From contig JANLYQ010000072.1 in NCBI GenBank assembly GCA_031365725.1, forward strand, positions 16,489 through 80,488: DNA of 64,000 nucleotides, given 5' to 3'. Under the pieces are notes generated by a model. The model did not search any database. It was given only the letters and a program-made list of their open reading frames with translations, and was not told the origin of the DNA. Below are positions 43,324 to 53,660 of this stretch, piece after piece. Position 1 is the first letter of the stretch; each line of letters opens with the position of its first letter. The stretch comes from Sporichthyaceae bacterium (lineage in GTDB: Bacteria; Actinomycetota; Actinomycetes; JACCUZ01). The translations under genes and the position numbers were made by a program.

Positions 43324-45048
43324 ATGGGACTGCACGAGGGCCCGCACGACCACCGGCACGATCACGGACACGATCAGCCGCACGACCACGACCACCCGGA
43401 GGTGCACGAGGAGCAGGAGCTCAACCCGGCGCTGGACCTCTCGGTGCCCGACTCCGAGCTGCGACCCGAGGAGCTCGGCCGGCGTGGCTTCCTGCGCGCA
43501 GCCGGACTGCTCGGCGCGGCCGCGAGCACGGCGAGCGTCTTCAGTCAGGCAGCCCCTGCCGCGGCGGCCGAAGGCCGCGCGCGCCACCGGACACCTCGAG
43601 AGGGCTACCAGTGGTTGGCCGGTGACCACCACATCCACACGCGCTACTCGGTCGACGGTCAGTACCTGGTCGCCGACCACGTCCACCACGCAAGCGCCTA
43701 CGGCCTCGACTGGATGGTCATCACCGACCACGGCAGCCTGGCGCACGCCAAGATCGGCGTGGAGAACGTCAACCCCGACATCGTCGCGGCCCGCAAGCGG
43801 TTCAGCGACATGCTCGTCTTCCAGGGGCTCGAGTGGAACATCCCCTCGGCCGAGCACGGCACCGTGTTCGTGCACCCCGGGGTCAACGAGGTTGCCGTAC
43901 TCAAGGCGTTCGAGAACGGCTACGACGGAGTGGTCAACAAGGCGACAGCCAGCTCGGCGGCCAACGAAGCCCTCGCCGTCGGTGGCCTGCACTACCTCGG
44001 CGACGCCGTGCGGTCGCGCCAGGTGCGCGACGCGCTCATGCTCGCTAACCACCCGGCCCGAAAGGGCATCGACTCTCCGCACGAGATCCGGGGGTGGCGT
44101 GACGCGGAACCGCTGATCGCGATCGGCATGGAGGGTGCGCCCGGTCACCAGGCGGCCGGGCTGCCCACCCCGACCGGTGCCGGTTCGGGTCGCGGCTACT
44201 ACGACAACAGCCCGACCGCCGACAGCTTTGCCGGCTACCCGTTGGAGAGCTATCGCACGTACGGCGGCTTCGACTGGATGACCGCGACCGTCGGCGGCCT
44301 GTGGGACAGCATGCTCGCCGAAGGAAAGCCGTGGTGGGTGACCGCCAACAGCGACAGCCACCAGATCTGGGCGGACACCTCGGTGCGCAGCGACCCGACC
44401 GTGTTTGCCCGTCAGGGTTTCTACGACCCGCCCCTGCACCAGACCGCTCCCGTCCTGACCAACGGCGACTTCTGGCCGGGCTACTACAGCCGGACCCACG
44501 TCGGCGCGGGGGACTTCTCCTACGCCGCCGTCATGCAGGCCATGCGGGCCGGTCGGGTGTGGGTCGACCACGGTGCGCTGCTGGAGTCCCTCGACGTGCG
44601 GCTGCGCGCCGATGGCGACGAGGTCGCTCTCGGTGGGGTGCTCACCGCACGCCGCGGGTCACGAGTGCGCCTCGTCGTGCGCATAGTGCCGGCTCAGATC
44701 CCGAACTGGTCGCAGGTCACTCCTCGGCTCGCGAAGGTCGACCTCGTCAAGGGCGCCGTCACAGGCCCGGTCAGCGACAGCGACACGTTCAGCACCCCCG
44801 GCACCCGTGTCGAGACCTCGTGGGACACCACCGGCATCACCGGGGTCATCGAGCTGTCCTACGACCTCGGCCGGCTCGACGAGAGCTTCTACGTCCGGCT
44901 GCGTGGTTCTGACGGCAAGCGGACGGCTCCCGGTCTGGGCGGTGCCACCGTCGACCCGGCCGGTCCCGCGCTCGACGTGATCGGTGCCGCCGATCCATGG
45001 GATGACCTGTGGTTCTACACCAACCCGATGTGGGTCCTTGCCCGCTGA
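43324..45048 (+). CDS. Tat-secreted PHP-domain metal-dependent phosphoesterase with His-rich N-terminal segment
   Basis: MGLHEGPHDHRHDHGHDQPHDHDHPEVHEE, then Tat motif RRGFLRAAGLLGAAAS, then PHP signature GDHHIHTRYSVDG...DWMVITDHG. The track ORF 43072 start was trimmed to the ATG at 43324. Confidence 0.7.
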   Translation: MGLHEGPHDHRHDHGHDQPHDHDHPEVHEEQELNPALDLSVPDSELRPEELGRRGFLRAAGLLGAAASTASVFSQAAPAAAAEGRARHRTPREGYQWLAGDHHIHTRYSVDGQYLVADHVHHASAYGLDWMVITDHGSLAHAKIGVENVNPDIVAARKRFSDMLVFQGLEWNIPSAEHGTVFVHPGVNEVAVLKAFENGYDGVVNKATASSAANEALAVGGLHYLGDAVRSRQVRDALMLANHPARKGIDSPHEIRGWRDAEPLIAIGMEGAPGHQAAGLPTPTGAGSGRGYYDNSPTADSFAGYPLESYRTYGGFDWMTATVGGLWDSMLAEGKPWWVTANSDSHQIWADTSVRSDPTVFARQGFYDPPLHQTAPVLTNGDFWPGYYSRTHVGAGDFSYAAVMQAMRAGRVWVDHGALLESLDVRLRADGDEVALGGVLTARRGSRVRLVVRIVPAQIPNWSQVTPRLAKVDLVKGAVTGPVSDSDTFSTPGTRVETSWDTTGITGVIELSYDLGRLDESFYVRLRGSDGKRTAPGLGGATVDPAGPALDVIGAADPWDDLWFYTNPMWVLAR

Positions 45049-45073
45049 GCAACGAGCGGAGGAGGCATCGGGA

Positions 45074-45724
45074 ATGACGTACGCCGGTATCGGGCTGGAC
45101 AGCCGGGCGCTGTCCGAGCTCGACCACCAGGCTCTGGTGCTGGCCGACGCCGTGCGCGAGGTGCTCGGTGACCGCGGGCTGATCGATGACCTGGTGGGGG
45201 GCGACCTGGTGGTCGCCACCCACTGGGTCCCGTCAGCTGCTGGCTCGGCAGCAGCTGGCTCGGGGGCAGCCGGCTCGGTGGCTGCGCTGTCGGTCGGGTT
45301 GCCCGGCCTCGAGGAGACCGCGGCCTGGCAGGCGCTGCACGCCGCACTGGCAGCGGTCGACGTCGACGTACAGGCTCTGGTGGTCGGGGAGCTCGGCACC
45401 GGTGGCACCGACCGGCAGTTCCCGGCGCGCGCTGCCGCCGACCTGCACGCGCGGCACCGCGGCGGCCGACTGGTCGCCTTCGCCGGCTCGAGCACCCTCG
45501 GTGAGGAGGTCACCGTGGGTTACCTGCTCGCCAGCACCAGGATCAGCCGGGTGCGCGTGCTCGCCGGTGCCGCGGCGGAGGACGACGCCGTCGTCCTGAC
45601 CCGGCGGCACGTCCGGCCGGTCTGGAGCGCCGGCGAGCTCGAGCTGACCGTGCAGCCGGCTGCTGCTGCACGGTTCGTGCCGTTCGAGTCACCGACTCCG
45701 ACGCCGTGCTGCGCCGTGCACTGA
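45074..45724 (+). CDS. hypothetical protein
   Basis: ATG with GGAGGA upstream; Ala/Gly-rich, no recognisable domain. Confidence 0.4.
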   Translation: MTYAGIGLDSRALSELDHQALVLADAVREVLGDRGLIDDLVGGDLVVATHWVPSAAGSAAAGSGAAGSVAALSVGLPGLEETAAWQALHAALAAVDVDVQALVVGELGTGGTDRQFPARAAADLHARHRGGRLVAFAGSSTLGEEVTVGYLLASTRISRVRVLAGAAAEDDAVVLTRRHVRPVWSAGELELTVQPAAAARFVPFESPTPTPCCAVH

Positions 45725-45749
45725 GCGGCCCGGCCGCCAGAGCTCACGG

Positions 45750-46901
45750 CTACCTGAGCAGCTGGCGGGCCATCACGAGTCGCTGCACCTGGTTGGTGCC
45801 CTCGTAGATCTGGGTGATCTTGGCGTCGCGCATCATCCGTTCGACCGGATGGTCCTTGACGTAGCCGGCACCACCGAGCACCTGCACGGCGTCAGTGGCG
45901 ACCTCCATCGCCACGTCGGAGGCAAAGCACTTGGCGGCCGCGCCGAAGAACGTCAGGTCGGCGTCGCCACGCTCAGACTTGCAGGCCGCGACGTAGGTCA
46001 TCTGCCGGGCCGTCTCGACCTTCATGGCCATGTCGGCGAGCATGAACTGCATCCCCTGGAACTCCGCGATGGCCTTGCCGAACTGCTTGCGTTCCTTGGC
46101 ATACGCCGTCGCATAGGCCAGTGCACCGGACGCGATGCCGACCGCCTGCGCCGCGATGGTGATGCGGGTGTGGTCCAGGGTCCGCAGTGCCGTCTTGAAC
46201 CCGGTGCCCTCGGCCCCGACCAGTCGGTCGGCCGGGATACGACAGTCGTCGAAGTACAGCTCGCGCGTGGGTGACCCCTTGATGCCGAGCTTCTTCTCCG
46301 GCGCACCGAAGGTGAAGCCGTCGTCGGACTTCTCGACGACGAAGGCCGAGATGCCGTTGGCGCCGGCCTTGGGGTCGGTGACTGCCATGACCGTGTAGTA
46401 GTCGGACACACCGGCGTTGGTGATCCAGCGCTTGACGCCGTTGAGGACGTAGCCGTCGCCGTCGCGCACCGCACGAGTGGTCATTGCCACGGCGTCGCTG
46501 CCCGCCTCGGGCTCGGAGAGCGCGTAGGAGAACATCGCCTCGCCGCTGGCGACGGCCGGCAGATAGCGCTTGAGCAGGTCCTCCGACGCCGAGAGCATCA
46601 GCGGCAGGGTGCCGAGCTTGTTGACCGCAGGGATCAACGAGCTGGACGCACAGACGCGGGCGACCTCCTCGATCACGATGCAGGTCGCGAGCGCGTCGGC
46701 GCCGGCGCCGCCGTGCTCCTCAGGGATGTGCACCGCGTGGAACCCCGCCGCACGCAAGGCGTCGTACGACGCCTGGGGGAACTCCCCGGTGGCGTCCGCC
46801 TCGGCGGCGTGCGGGGCCACCTTGTCGTCGCACAGAGCGCGCACCGAGTCGCGCAGCATCTCGTGCTCGTCGGGCAGCCGGAAGTGGTCGAAGTCACTCA
46901 C
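45750..46901 (-). CDS. acyl-CoA dehydrogenase
   Basis: ACAD signatures SEPEAGSDA, GVKRWITNAG, QVLGGAGYVKDHPVERMMRDAKITQIYEGTNQVQ; 383 aa. Confidence 0.9.
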   Translation of the reverse strand: MSDFDHFRLPDEHEMLRDSVRALCDDKVAPHAAEADATGEFPQASYDALRAAGFHAVHIPEEHGGAGADALATCIVIEEVARVCASSSLIPAVNKLGTLPLMLSASEDLLKRYLPAVASGEAMFSYALSEPEAGSDAVAMTTRAVRDGDGYVLNGVKRWITNAGVSDYYTVMAVTDPKAGANGISAFVVEKSDDGFTFGAPEKKLGIKGSPTRELYFDDCRIPADRLVGAEGTGFKTALRTLDHTRITIAAQAVGIASGALAYATAYAKERKQFGKAIAEFQGMQFMLADMAMKVETARQMTYVAACKSERGDADLTFFGAAAKCFASDVAMEVATDAVQVLGGAGYVKDHPVERMMRDAKITQIYEGTNQVQRLVMARQLLR

Positions 46902-46976
46902 GGCACCGAGCGTACGACGGTCGTTCGCAGCGTCGCGAGGGGGTCAGGTCGTCGTCACCCTGGGTAGCCTTCCGCC

Positions 46977-48293
46977 ATGACTCTGCGTCTCAGCGTCCTC
47001 GGCACCGGCTATCTCGGCGCCACCCACGCCGCCTGCATGGCCGAGCTCGGCTTCGAGGTCATCGGGATGGACGTCGACCCGGCCAAGATCGAGGCCCTGA
47101 CCGCAGGTCGGGTGCCCTTCTACGAGCCCGACCTCGAGCCGCTGCTGCGCAAGCACGTCGAAGGCGGCCGGCTGCGCTTCACCACGTCGTACGAGGACGT
47201 GGCCACCGCCGACGTGCACTTCCTCTGCGTGGGCACCCCGCAGCGCAAGGGCGACTACGCCGCGGACATGCGCTACGTCGACGGCGTGGTCGACGGGCTT
47301 GCTCCGCACCTGGACCGCCCGACACTGGTGGTCGGCAAGTCGACCGTGCCGGTCGGCACCGCGGCCCGGCTGCAGCAGCGCCTCGCCGCACTGGCTCCGG
47401 CCGGCGAGGCCGCCGAGCTCGCGTGGAACCCCGAGTTCCTGCGCGAAGGCTTCGCCGTCGAGGACACCTTGCGCCCCGACCGCCTCGTGGTGGGCACGAC
47501 GTCCGCGCGCGCCGAGGCGTTGCTGCGTGAGGTCTATGCGAGCGCCATCGACGGGGGCACACCGTTCCTCGTCACGGACTTCCCCACCGCCGAGCTGGTC
47601 AAGGTCGCGGCCAACGCCTTCCTCGCCACCAAGATCTCGTTCATCAACGCGATGGCCGAGCTGTGCGAGGCTACCGGCGCCGACGTCACCAAGCTGGCCG
47701 ACGCGATCGGCCATGACGACCGGATCGGCCGCAAGTTCCTCAACGCCGGCCTCGGTTTCGGCGGCGGCTGTCTCCCCAAGGACATCAGGGCGTTCATGGC
47801 CCGGGCCGCCGAGCTCGGCGTCGACCAGGCCGTCGGTTTCCTGCGGGAGGTCGACGCGATCAACATGCGCCGGCGTACCCATGTCGTCGACCGGTCCCGC
47901 GAAGCGTGCGGCGGGTCGCTGCTCGGGAAACGCATCGGCGTGCTGGGTGCGGCGTTCAAGCCCAACAGCGACGACGTCCGCGACTCCCCGGCGCTGAACG
48001 TCTCGGGTCAGCTGCAGCTGCTCGGCGGTCAGGTCACCGTCTACGACCCCCGCGCCAACGACAACGCCAAGGCGCTGTTCCCGACGCTGGCCTACGCCGA
48101 CTCCGCACTCGGGGCCTGCGAGGGTGCCGACCTCGTGCTGCACCTGACCGAGTGGCAGGAGTTCCGCGACATGGACCCTGCTGTGCTGGGTGAGGTCGTC
48201 TCGGAGCGCATCGTCATCGATGCCCGCAACGCGCTGGACCCCGCCCGCTGGCGGGCCGCCGACTGGACCTACGGCTCGCTCGGGCGCCCGTGA
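46977..48293 (+). CDS. ugd: UDP-glucose 6-dehydrogenase (UDP-glucose/GDP-mannose dehydrogenase family)
   Basis: N-terminal NAD fold LSVLGTGYLGATHAACMAELG, catalytic Cys region GFGGGCLPKDI, C-terminal UDP-binding domain. Confidence 0.85.
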   Translation: MTLRLSVLGTGYLGATHAACMAELGFEVIGMDVDPAKIEALTAGRVPFYEPDLEPLLRKHVEGGRLRFTTSYEDVATADVHFLCVGTPQRKGDYAADMRYVDGVVDGLAPHLDRPTLVVGKSTVPVGTAARLQQRLAALAPAGEAAELAWNPEFLREGFAVEDTLRPDRLVVGTTSARAEALLREVYASAIDGGTPFLVTDFPTAELVKVAANAFLATKISFINAMAELCEATGADVTKLADAIGHDDRIGRKFLNAGLGFGGGCLPKDIRAFMARAAELGVDQAVGFLREVDAINMRRRTHVVDRSREACGGSLLGKRIGVLGAAFKPNSDDVRDSPALNVSGQLQLLGGQVTVYDPRANDNAKALFPTLAYADSALGACEGADLVLHLTEWQEFRDMDPAVLGEVVSERIVIDARNALDPARWRAADWTYGSLGRP

Positions 48294-48375
48294 GGACTGC
48301 TCGCTGGCGGTGAGCGTCGCATCTAGGGTCGTCGATGCGGTCAAGTGGCAGGACCTGGGGCACGATAAGTCACCT

Positions 48376-49356
48376 ATGAGCCGCTCGTTGCGCACCACCG
48401 TCCGCGTCCTGACCGCCGCCGTGCTCTCCCTGACGTCTCTCACTGCCACCGTCGGCGGAGCTCCGGCGCAGGCCACCAGCACCCCGGTCCTGTTCGGGCT
48501 CCACACCCACTCCGACGCGGGACGTCTCGCCACCCAACGGGCCCTGCACAAGCGCTCGGCACTGGTCGGCTACTTCGCCGGCTGGGAGCGCGGCATGCCC
48601 TCCGCGGCCTACCTCGGCCGCTGGAGCACCCAGCGCGGCGGGGTACCCGTCGTGGCGACCGGCCCCGCCGGACCCGCACCACTCGCCCGGATCATCAGTG
48701 GCTCCGAAGACGCCACGATCGCCGCCTGGGCCGAGGGCACCAAGGCGTTCGGCCGGCCGATCATGATCCGGCTGATGGCGGAGATGAACGGCGGCTGGGA
48801 GCCGTGGTCGACCGGGGTCAACGGCAACAAGCCCGGTGAGTACGTCGCGGCGTGGCGGCACGTGGTCGACGTGTTCCGGGCGCACGGTGCCACCAACGCG
48901 ATCTGGGTCTGGAACCCCGACCGCTCCTTCGCCGGCGCCACCCCGATGCGTTCGCTCTATCCCGGTGCGGACTACGTCGACTGGATCGGTCTGGACGTCT
49001 ACAACTTCGGCAGCTCCTCCAAGAGCGGCTGGCTGTCCTTCGCGTCGATGATGACACCCTCGGTCCGCGAGATCCGCCGGGTCGCCGGACCGTCGAAGCC
49101 CCTGATGCTCAACGAGGTCGGCTGTGCGGCGGGTCCGCGCAAGGCGACCTGGGTCAAGGCGATGTACGCGAGCCTGCCGTCGTACGGCGTCAAGGCGGTG
49201 CTGTGGTTCGACTACGACATGAAGCAGGACTGGCGGCTCACCGCAGACCCGTCGGTGCGCGCTGCGGCGAAGGTCGCCGTCTCCAGTCCGCGGCTGGCGG
49301 GCGCGGGTCAGGTGTCGCTGTCGACGATCGAACGCATCATCCGTACGGGCAGCTGA
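48376..49356 (+). CDS. secreted glycoside hydrolase, GH26-like (clan GH-A; mannanase/endoglucanase-type)
   Basis: Signal peptide MSRSLRTTVRVLTAAVLSLTSLTATVGGAPAQA; IMIRLMAEMNGGW, WVWNPD, LMLNEVG (catalytic NE). The track ORF start was trimmed to the ATG at 48376. Confidence 0.65.
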   Translation: MSRSLRTTVRVLTAAVLSLTSLTATVGGAPAQATSTPVLFGLHTHSDAGRLATQRALHKRSALVGYFAGWERGMPSAAYLGRWSTQRGGVPVVATGPAGPAPLARIISGSEDATIAAWAEGTKAFGRPIMIRLMAEMNGGWEPWSTGVNGNKPGEYVAAWRHVVDVFRAHGATNAIWVWNPDRSFAGATPMRSLYPGADYVDWIGLDVYNFGSSSKSGWLSFASMMTPSVREIRRVAGPSKPLMLNEVGCAAGPRKATWVKAMYASLPSYGVKAVLWFDYDMKQDWRLTADPSVRAAAKVAVSSPRLAGAGQVSLSTIERIIRTGS

Positions 49357-49361
49357 CCCGG

Positions 49362-50267
49362 GTGCGCCCGCTGCGTCGCCCGGTCGTCGTCGCCCTGGCA
49401 CTGGCGGCGGCGGCGATAGGCGCCACCGTCCTGCTGGGACAGCCGGGCACGGCGGCCGCGGCCGAGGCGGCTCGACCGTTCGCCGGCTCGGGCGCCTGGG
49501 TGTCGGTCTTCTCCGGCACCGCGGTGTGGGACCACCCGGAGGCGCACGTCGCCCGCATGCACCGGGCCGGCGTCCACACGCTGTTCCTGCAGACCGCGAG
49601 CTCGGTCACCCCGGTCGGCACCGACGTCTTCCGTCCGACCCAGATCGCGCGCTTCCTGACCGCTGCGCATGCGCAGGGCATGCGCGTGGTGGCGTGGTAC
49701 CTGCCACCGTTGCTGCGCGTCGCCCGCGAGCGGCGCCGGGCCATGGCCGCGATCGCGTTCCGTACGTCGACCGGGCAGCAGTTCGACGCCTTCGCGCTGG
49801 ACATCGAGCCATCGGGGACGACGCCGACGGGCCTGCTGCGCACCGCGAACCTACTGCGACTGAGCAGCCGGCTCCGGGCTGCGGTCGGTCCGTCCTACCG
49901 CCTGGGCGCGATCATCCCGTCGCCGGTAGGCATGACCTTGGCGCCGCACTTCTGGCCGGGCTTCCCCTACGACACGATCGGGCGCTTCTATGACGTCGTG
50001 CTGCCGATGAGCTATTCGAGCTACCGGGTGTCGGGGGCGGCCGCGACCTACGACTACACGATGCGCAACATCGCCTTCCTTCGCGCGACCCTCGGTCCGG
50101 CCGTCGGGATCCACGTCATCGGGGGCAGTGCCGCGGCGTCCGGGCGGCTCGAGACGCGCGCCTTCGTCGCCGCGTGCAACGACGCGCGGGTGACCGGTGC
50201 GTCCATGTGGCACTACACGGCCTATGGCCTCGAGGACTGGCAGGAGATGGCAGCGCTCGCGCTGTGA
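49362..50267 (+). CDS. secreted hypothetical protein, possible TIM-barrel glycoside-hydrolase-like (DUF4015-like)
   Basis: Signal peptide VRPLRRPVVVALALAAAAIGATVLLG...AAAAEA; GTG 49362 in frame with the track ORF 48852..50267, whose upstream part overlaps the GH26-like gene. Confidence 0.45.
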   Translation: MRPLRRPVVVALALAAAAIGATVLLGQPGTAAAAEAARPFAGSGAWVSVFSGTAVWDHPEAHVARMHRAGVHTLFLQTASSVTPVGTDVFRPTQIARFLTAAHAQGMRVVAWYLPPLLRVARERRRAMAAIAFRTSTGQQFDAFALDIEPSGTTPTGLLRTANLLRLSSRLRAAVGPSYRLGAIIPSPVGMTLAPHFWPGFPYDTIGRFYDVVLPMSYSSYRVSGAAATYDYTMRNIAFLRATLGPAVGIHVIGGSAAASGRLETRAFVAACNDARVTGASMWHYTAYGLEDWQEMAALAL

Positions 50268-50290
50268 GGCCGCCGCCCTTCCCGGAGCCG

Positions 50291-50830
50291 TCAGCCCGCT
50301 GACATCGTCGCGAGCGCATGCACCACGTCCCAGTTGCGACTGGTGGCCACACCGCCGATCTTCGCGTCGGTCAGGGAACGAGCCAGCTTCGAGGTGTGGA
50401 CGCTGTTCGGCAGCCAGAGGTAGATCTGGGTCTTGTCGACGACGAACTGGTCAGGCGCCACGGTGTCCGGGTCGTTGTCCGCCAGCCACTGCGCTGACGG
50501 CGGCGAGCGCAGGAACGTGACGAGATAGCGCTTGGGGTCGGTCGCCACCGCACCGAACGGGTCGGCGGCGACGACCGCCGCGAGCTGCGCAGCCGTGCGC
50601 ACCACGACGGCCACCTCCATGCCGAGGTGTGCCGCGATCGCCCGCTCGACGGCCGTTTCTACCGCAGCGCCGGATCTGGTCGACGTACGGAAAACCGCGT
50701 TGCCGCTCTGCAGATGCGTGCGCACGTCGTCGTAGCCGAGACCTTCCACCAGCGCGCGCAGATCGGCCATCGCGACGCGTCGCTTCGCGCCGAGGTTGAT
50801 ACCGCGCAGCAGGGCGACGTAGGTCGGCAT
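50291..50830 (-). CDS. DUF1697 family protein
   Basis: [33 protein letters not shown]...VRTHLQSGNAVF is the conserved DUF1697 N-terminus. Confidence 0.65.
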   Translation of the reverse strand: MPTYVALLRGINLGAKRRVAMADLRALVEGLGYDDVRTHLQSGNAVFRTSTRSGAAVETAVERAIAAHLGMEVAVVVRTAAQLAAVVAADPFGAVATDPKRYLVTFLRSPPSAQWLADNDPDTVAPDQFVVDKTQIYLWLPNSVHTSKLARSLTDAKIGGVATSRNWDVVHALATMSAG

Positions 50831-51363
50831 CAGATGCCGAAGCCGACGCCCTTGTGCGCGACGCGGCGGCGCAACGACTCACCCTTGGCGCGCGCGGTGT
50901 CCCCCAGCGCCTGCTGGAACTCGACCATGAGCTGCTGCAGCGCCGGGTCCGACACCCCCAGGATGCGCGCGGCCAGCAGCCCCGCGTTGCGCCCACCGCC
51001 GACCGAGACGGTCGCCACGGGCACGCCCGCCGGCATCTGCACGATCGAGAGCAGCGAGTCGAGACCGTCGAGCTGTTCCAACGGCACCGGCACGCCGATG
51101 ACAGGCAGCGGGGTCACACTTGCCAGCATGCCGGGCAGGTGCGCCGCCCCGCCGGCACCGGCGATGATGACGCGCAGGCCGCGGCCGACCGCGCCCTCGC
51201 CGTAGGCGAGCATGTCGCGGGGCATCCGGTGCGCCGACACGACGTCGACCTCATGCGGCACCCCGAGCTCGTCCAGCGCCTTGGCCGCGTCCTCCATCAC
51301 CCGCCAGTCCGAGTCGCTGCCCATGACGATGCCGACGACCGGGGTCGGGTCGGACTCAGCCAT
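50830..51363 (-). CDS. purE: 5-(carboxyamino)imidazole ribonucleotide mutase
   Basis: [34 protein letters not shown]; ATG at 51361-51363. Confidence 0.9.
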   Translation of the reverse strand: MAESDPTPVVGIVMGSDSDWRVMEDAAKALDELGVPHEVDVVSAHRMPRDMLAYGEGAVGRGLRVIIAGAGGAAHLPGMLASVTPLPVIGVPVPLEQLDGLDSLLSIVQMPAGVPVATVSVGGGRNAGLLAARILGVSDPALQQLMVEFQQALGDTARAKGESLRRRVAHKGVGFGI

Positions 51364-52491
51364 CGATGTCTCCTCGCAGGAACGCCGCCGCGTGCCGGGC
51401 TCGCTCACGCACGTCCTCAGCATCGTCGCCCGGGACGGTCACGTGACCCACCTTTCGCCCAGGGCGGACGTCCTTGCCGTACATGTGGATGTGCACGCCA
51501 GGGTCGTGCGCCAGGCAGTGCAGGTAGCCGTCGTACATCTCCGGCAGCTCACCTCCGAGCACGTTCGCCATCACGACGTACGGCGCGGTGGCGCGGGTGT
51601 CGCCCAGCGGCAGGTCGAGGACCGCGCGCAGGTGCTGCTCGAACTGGCTGGTGCGGGCACCCTCGATGGTCCAGTGCCCGCTGTTGTGCGGGCGCATGGC
51701 CAGCTCGTTGACGAGGACTCCGGCGGGGGTGTCGAACATCTCGACAGCCATCACCCCGGTGACGCCGAGGCCCTCGGCGATGCGCAGCGCCGCCTGCTGC
51801 GCAGCGAGCGCGTGCTCCTCGGCGATCGGCGCCGGCGCCAGCACCTCGCGGCACACGCCGTCGACCTGCAGGGTCTCGACCACCGGCCACGCGGCGGCCT
51901 GCCCGTGCGGGCTGCGGGCGACCAGAGCAGCAAGCTCACGGGTGAAGGCGACCTTCTCCTCGGCCAGCAGCGGGGACCCCGCCGCGCGGGCGAACCAGTC
52001 CTCGGCATCGGCGGCTGCCTCGACCAGCCGCACACCTTTGCCGTCGTACCCGCCTCTCGGGGTCTTGAGCATCACGGGCCAGCCGACCTCGTCGCCGAAC
52101 GCCTGCAGCTCTCCGCTGCTCGCGACCGCAGCCCACCGTGGGCAGCGCACGCCGAGCTCGGTGAGCCGGCGCCGCATGACCAGCTTGTCCTGCGCGTGCT
52201 CCAGCGCGTCGGGGCCGGGGTGCACGACGACGCCCTCGGCCTGCAGGGTGCGCAGGTGCTGCGTCGGTACGTGCTCGTGGTCGAAGGTCAGCACGTCGCA
52301 CCCGGCAGCGAAGGCCCGCAGTGCGTCGAGGTCGTCCTCGGCCCCCACCACAGTGCCCGGCACGACCTGCGCGGCGCTGTCGTGGTCGTCCCGCGCGAGC
52401 ACCCGCAGCGTGATGCCCAGCCCGATCGCCGGTGGAGCCATCATCCGCGCGAGCTGCCCGCCACCCACCACACCCACCACTGGGAACCCCA
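51356..52491 (-). CDS. purK: N5-carboxyaminoimidazole ribonucleotide synthase
   Basis: [16 protein letters not shown]-grasp region [30 protein letters not shown]; GTG start at 52489-52491; stop overlaps purE start by 8 nt. Confidence 0.85.
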
Positions 52492-52528
52492 CGGCGGCAA
52501 CCCTAGCCAGCCGTGACCTCTTACCCAC

Positions 52529-52579
52529 CGAAGTGGACCGGCCACCTGCTGCGGGATCCACCACTCCTCCGGTCCAGTT
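52529..52579. repeat. 51-bp hairpin-forming repeat element, copy 1 (GAAGTGGACCGG ... CCGGTCCAGTTC)
   Basis: gaagtggaccggccacctgctgcgggatccaccactcctccggtccagttc; 12-nt arms inverted (1 mismatch). Lies upstream of the DUF559 gene in a divergent intergenic region. Confidence 0.6.
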
Positions 52580-52715
52580 CCGCACAGTCAGACTGCCTGT
52601 GGATGACCGACAGCCTGGATCGAGCCCACCGACCACGCTGTACGGCGTGCAGGAAGCATTCTCCTCCCGACGGCTACCGGCAGCGCTGCGTCCGCTTGCC
52701 ACCCGCCAGGACGAC

Positions 52716-53654
52716 ATGGTGACGAGGGAGCAGCTGCACCGGCTCGGGCTGGGTCATGACGCCGTCGCCTCCCGGACCGCTCAGGGGGTGTGGCGCGAGA
52801 TCGGGCCGCGCGTTGTCGTCCTGCACACCGGGCTGCTCACGCCGTCGCAACGCCGCTGGGCCGGGGCCCTGCACGTCGGGGATGGCGCGGTGCTGGCGAT
52901 GGCAACGGCCGCCGAGCTCGGTGGCCTGCGCGGCTTCGAGGCACCGACCGTGCACATCGCCATCCGGCACAGCCGCGAGGTCAGTCGGCTGGAGCACCCG
53001 CTGGTCACTGTGGCCGTGCACCAGACGCGGCACCCGGACGATCACGTGGTCCTCAGTGGTCCGCATCGACGCCACGACATCGCACGGGCAGCCGTCGAGC
53101 TGGCCTCCCAGAGCAGCAGCGAGGGTCGGTCACGAGCCGTCATCGCGGCCGTCGTCCAGCAGCGACTAGCTCGGCCGGCACACCTGCTCGAGATCCTCGA
53201 GTGTTGGACCACCCTGCCGCGTCGCAGGCTCATCCGCGAGACGATCCACGACGTCGAAGGCGGTGCTCAGTCGTTGCCCGAGCTCGATTTCGCCCGCGCC
53301 TGCCGTCGCGCCGGGCTGCCTGAGCCGACCCGGCAGCAGCGAGTCCGGCGCTCCGGAGGCTCGTGGTACCTCGACAACGACTTCACGCCGTGGCTCGTGA
53401 CGGTCGAGATCAACGGGGTTCAGCATCGTGAGCTGCTCGCGGCAGAGGCCGACGACCGAAGGAGGGCCGGCTTGCAGGTATTGGGGCGACTCGTGGTCGA
53501 CATCAGCAGCTGGACCGTCCGGCACCAGCCTCAGGTGGCCGTCCTACGCACGGCGGAAGCTCTGCTCTCTCGCGGGTGGACACCAAGCGCCAAGACGGTC
53601 AGGATCCTCACGAGCTATGCCGCCGCTCACGGCTGGACCGGTCTGACGCCATGA
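52716..53654 (+). CDS. DUF559 domain protein with AbiEi-antitoxin-like N-terminal wHTH (endonuclease-like fold, Vsr/MutH-type)
   Basis: MVTREQLHRLGLGHDAVASRTAQGVWREIGPRVVVLHTG (AbiEi_4-like N-terminus); C-terminal FARACRRAGLPEPTRQQRV...YLDNDFTPWLVTVEINGVQH (DUF559). The track ORF 51588..53654 was trimmed to the ATG at 52716. Confidence 0.6.
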   Translation: MVTREQLHRLGLGHDAVASRTAQGVWREIGPRVVVLHTGLLTPSQRRWAGALHVGDGAVLAMATAAELGGLRGFEAPTVHIAIRHSREVSRLEHPLVTVAVHQTRHPDDHVVLSGPHRRHDIARAAVELASQSSSEGRSRAVIAAVVQQRLARPAHLLEILECWTTLPRRRLIRETIHDVEGGAQSLPELDFARACRRAGLPEPTRQQRVRRSGGSWYLDNDFTPWLVTVEINGVQHRELLAAEADDRRRAGLQVLGRLVVDISSWTVRHQPQVAVLRTAEALLSRGWTPSAKTVRILTSYAAAHGWTGLTP

Positions 53655-53660
53655 CGGTGT

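Noticed and set aside
52492-52715. Possible tRNA or small RNA in the largest intergenic gap
   Set aside because: No T-loop/anticodon-arm-like pattern (no GGTTCGAATCC-type box). The gap is explained by the 51-bp hairpin repeat and a divergent promoter region.
51588-53654. 688-aa plus-strand ORF
   Set aside because: Only the last 312 codons (from the ATG at 52716) form the DUF559/AbiEi-like protein. The upstream part is antisense to purK.
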